DNA of 64,000 bases. Origin: Squalus acanthias. Taxonomy: Eukaryota. The stretch is taken from positions 2,606,001-2,670,000 of the forward strand of contig JASTWF010000033.1 of assembly GCA_030390025.1 (NCBI GenBank). Direction: 5' to 3'. The notes under the pieces are model-generated. The model saw nothing but the letters and a program-made list of their open reading frames with translations. It did not search any database and had not been told where the DNA came from. Below are positions 59,739 to 64,000 of the stretch, piece after piece. The translations under genes and the position numbers were made by a program. Positions within the stretch are counted from its first letter, which is position 1. Each line of letters begins with the position of its first letter.

Positions 59739-62700
59739 CATAGAGTCATAGAGTCATAATGGCACAGAAGGAGGCCATTCGGCCCATCGATTCCGTACCA
59801 GCTCTCTGTAGAGCAATCCAGTCAGTCCCATTCCCCCGCTCTATCCCCGTAGCCATGCAAGTTTATTTCCCTCAAGTGACTATCCAGTCTCCCCTTGAAA
59901 ACATTGAGTGTGTCCGTTTCCACCACTTCCATCGTTCTAGGTCCTCACCACTCGCTGCGTAAAAAAGTTTTTCCTCACATCCCCCTGTATCTCTTGTCCA
60001 AAATCTTAAATCTGTGTCCCCTAGCCCTTGTACCATCAACTAGTGGGAACAGCCTTTCCAATTCTAGCCTATACAAAACCGTCATATTCTTGTGCACCTC
60101 TATCAAATCACTCCTCAATATTCCTTTGATCTAATGGATACAAATCCAGCTTCCTCAACCTGTCGTTGTAGCTAAGATCACCCATCCCCGGAACCATTCT
60201 TGTTAATCTCCTCTGCACCCTCTCAAGGGCATTCACATTCTTCCTAAAGTGTGGTGACCAGAACGGGACGCAATGCTCCAGTTGTGGCCTAACCAGCGCT
60301 TTATAAAGGTTCAGCATAACTTTTCTATTTTGGTACTGAATACCTCTATTTATGAAGCCCAAGATCCCATCTGCTTTGTTAACCACTCTAAAATATGTCC
60401 TGCCAACTCCAGGGACCTATGCATATTATCACCCTGGTCCCTTTTTCCCGGAACACTCTTTAAAACTGTGCCATTAAGTGTATACTGCCTCTCCCTGTTC
60501 CTTCTGCCAAAATGCATCACCTCACACTTCTCTGTATTAATTTCCATATGCCACATGTCTGCCCATTCTGCTAGCCTTCTTATGTCCTGTTGCAGTCGAT
60601 TGATAACATCATCACTGTTTGCCACACCCCCAAGTTTGGTGTAATCGGCAAATTTAAAAATTATATTCCGCATTCAAATATCCATGTCATTTTTTAATCA
60701 CAAAAATAGCAGTGGCCGCAGCACTGACTCTTGGGGAACACGACTGTGTACCATCCTACAGTCTGAAAAACAGCCATTTAACACAACTCGCTGTTTTCTG
60801 TCCTTAAGCCAATTCGTTATCAAAGCTGTCACTGACCCACCTATTCCATGACCCTCAATTTTGTTAACCAGCCTTCTATGTTGAACTTTGTTAAACGCCT
60901 TCCGAAAATCCATGTAGACAACTTCGATTGCATTCCCTTCATCAATCCTCTCTGTTACTTCATCAAAAAATTCAATTAGATTAGTCAAACACGATCTGCC
61001 TTTTACAAATCCGCTATGGCTCTCCTTAAGTAGCTTAAACCTCTCCCAGTGCCCGTTAATTCATTCCTTGATTATTTATTCTAAAATTTTACCCACCACT
61101 GATGTTAAACTGACCGGCCTGTGGTTACTGGAATTGTCCTTAAATCCTTTCTTGAAAATGACGTCACATTTGCCACTTTTCAATCCTCAGGAACTTCCCC
61201 CGCATCTGGGGAAGATTGGAAAATTATGGCAAGCCCTTCCAATATCTTCTCCCCCAATTCCCTCAGCAACCTGGGATACAAGCCATCAGGACCAGGCGAC
61301 CTGTCCTCTCTAAGCATACCCAGCCTTTCTGGTACATCCTGCCTATAAATGTTTACCCCTTCCATTTATTTCTACCATTTTCACTTCTACTGATATTTTG
61401 TCAGCATCCAGCTCCTTAGTAAAAACCGATACAAAGTATTCATTGAGTATGGTAACCTTGCGCCTCGCCTCGAAGCATATATCCCTTGCTTTGTCTCTAA
61501 TAGGCCCCACCCCGCCTCTTACGACTCGCTTACTGTTTACATGCCGGTAGAAGATTTTGGGTTCCCTTTTATGTTAACCGCCATTCTACTCTCATATTCT
61601 CTCTTTGTCAATCTTATTTTCATGTTCACTTCCCCGCTCAACTTATTTTATTTCGTCTGGTTCTCCCTTGAAGAGTTCACCTGACATGCATCATACACCC
61701 TCTTTTTTGTATCATCATCTTCTCCATCTCCCTCGACATCCAAGGAGCCCTTGCTTTTGTTCCCTTACCCTTCCCTTCTGTTGGAATGTACCAAGCTTGT
61801 TTTTGGAACATCTCCGCCTTAAAGATCGCCCATTGTTCCGTTACAGTTTTTTTTGCCAGTCGTTGTTCCATTTAACCCTGGCTAGTTCTTTTCGCATCCC
61901 ATTAACTTTTGTCTTATTCTAGTTTAGAAGTTCCACTCTAGATTGTTCGTTGCTCCTCTCCATTGTTAATCTAAATCTTATGATACGATGATCGCTCGCA
62001 CCCAAGTGTTCTTCCACAGACACTTCGTCGACCTGGCCCAGCTCATTCACCAGCACCAGATCCAGCAATGACTCCTTCCTAGTTGGGCCAAGAACATACT
62101 GGTCAAGGAAATTCTCCTGAACACATTTCAGAAATTGCTGCCACTCCTTTCCCTTTACACTTGCATTATCCCAATCGATATTTGAGTAAATAAAGTCTCC
62201 CAATATCACCACTCTATGGCTCTTGCATATCTCTGTGAATTCCCTGCAGATTTGCTCATCTACATCCCTCTCACTATTTGGAGACCTATAGAATACACCC
62301 AATAGCGTGATCATACCATTTTTGCTCCTCAACTCTAAACACATGGATTCTGTCCTTATCCTCTCATGAACTTCATCCATTTCCGACACTACAATGTCTT
62401 CCTTAATCAGCACTGCCTCACCACCTTCGTTTTTTCCTTCCCTCTATTCTGAACACCTTGTGCCGTTGAATATTAAGTGCCGAGTCCTCACCTTTTTTTA
62501 GACACGTTTTCGTTATTGCCAGAACATCCTATTGCCACACGGCTAATTCTGCCTGTAGATCACCAACAGTATTCACCAAACTTTGTGTGTTTACGTACTT
62601 GCATTCACAACCCATTTTTGAATTTTTCGCAGTCTTTCTTAGTCTGTTCCTATCTAATACGGCAATAATTCCGCCTGTAGCACTATTTTCTCTAGTACTA

Positions 62701-63340
62701 TCCAACACACTCACTCTTTTATGCACCTTATGATTCTTATCTACACCTATATGCTGGTGCCCATTCTCCTGACAAGCTACTTTAAACCCTCCCAAACACC
62801 ACGAACAATCCCGCCGCGAGAATATTGGTCCCGGCTCTGTTGAAGTGTAACCCGTCCGGCTTGTACAGGTTCCACCTTCCCCAGAAACGGTCCCAATGCT
62901 TCAGGAATCTAAAGCCCTCCCTTCTGCACCATCTCTCCAGCCATGCATTCATCTCTTCTATCCTCCTTTTCCTTTACTCACTAGCACGTGGTATCGGGAG
63001 TAATCCGGAGATTACTACCTTTAAGGACCTGCTTTTTCATATCTCTCCTAGCTCCCTAAATTCTTCCTGCAGGACCTCATCCCTCTGTCTACCTATATCG
63101 TCGGTACCGATATAGCCAACGACCTTTGGCTGTTCACCCTCCCCCTCAGAATATCCTGCAGCCGCTCAATGGCATCCTTGAACTTGGCACCAGGGAGGCA
63201 ACATACCATCCTGGAATCACGTCTAAGGCCGCAGAAACGCCAGTCTGCTCCCCTAACTATCGAATCCCCTACCACTATTGCTCTTCCAATCTTTTTCCTG
63301 CGCCCCACTGTGTAACTGAGCCACCCGTGGTGCCGTAGAG
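59739..63340 (-). mobile_element. CR1 LINE, ORF1 (part) to 3' end, degraded
   Basis: AIVVGDSIVRG (63093-63308); endonuclease ORF 61919-62413; RT ORFs 60108-60988; tail at 59739. Confidence 0.9.
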
Positions 63341-64000
63341 TGGAGTTGATTCTATCTCTGTATCTGGCGCCGCTTCAGAGGTCTGGTGACTGAACTAAGT
63401 TTGCTGCTGACTCTTTCACATCTCCTTCCCTGTTTTAGTGTGGATGAATGAACTTACTGAGACAGGAATTCATTATTAAATTAATTTAATGTGTTTATGT
63501 TGTATCGGGTTGCACTGTTGGATTCATAAGTACATCTACATATAAGTAGAAGCGATGATGTTGGCGTTTTGTTAATTGAACGAATTCGCCATCTGACGCA
63601 GCACTTCATAATTACATGAGCAAGGACTTCAAGTGTTGTCAGGTCTGTCTGGAAGAGGCATTTCATTCTGTTTGGTGCATGCATTGCAGATGAAGTGAAC
63701 AGTGTTGGTGAACAATGGGAGAATTGGCTGACCTGTAGAAGCACTAAGCTATTCATAGAGGCTTCGCAATTGAACAAACTGACTTCGAGAATAGCACCGT
63801 TTAACACGGGGATGATGAACAGAAAGCAGTCGCAGGATATTAGCAAAGCATCGAATGTTTAATGGGACATTGAGAAAGTGATTGGAAAGAGTGAGTGCGC
63901 CGGAGAGCTGGAGAAGGCATCCGAGAAATGGAAAGGGAGGAGTAGTAGGGACAACGAAAGATAGAGCGAGAGAGAGATTGATAGCCAGAGGAAGAGAGGC

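Noticed and set aside
63481..63846. 121-aa ORF
   Set aside because: No recognisable motif or splice context.
30188..64000. Further NAIP exons (BIR3, NACHT, LRR)
   Set aside because: None recognised by eye in the non-repeat intervals; a short diverged exon could have been missed.

Overview
Repeat-dense vertebrate DNA, almost certainly from a cartilaginous fish (shark/ray). This is inferred from the HE1/V-SINE, a Deu-domain SINE, shark-type CR1 LINEs and the chondrichthyan GPR139-like receptor family. Most of the window is nested retroelements (CR1, a second CR1/L2-clade LINE, L2, Penelope-like elements), plus Harbinger-like MITEs, two solo LTRs and several minisatellites. Host-gene content: (i) a degenerate tRNA cluster (Glu fragment, Lys x2, Trp, Leu and Val-body genes at 0.4-7.4 kb, another Val-body gene at 31.2 kb); (ii) two spliceable coding exons of a NAIP (BIRC1)-like gene (18385-18988 and 30088-30187; BIR1 and most of BIR2, with one Zn-ligand Cys changed to Ser), with no later exons found; (iii) a disrupted GPR139-like GPCR (45.6-47.1 kb) and an isolated first exon of another (54.1 kb). 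The most striking structure is a 419-bp near-perfect palindrome (28094-28512) with a hammerhead ribozyme motif in each arm, flanked by a 13-14-bp target-site duplication. All calls come from reading the sequence and recalled family motifs; no searches were run, and repeat boundaries are approximate unless a TSD is cited.
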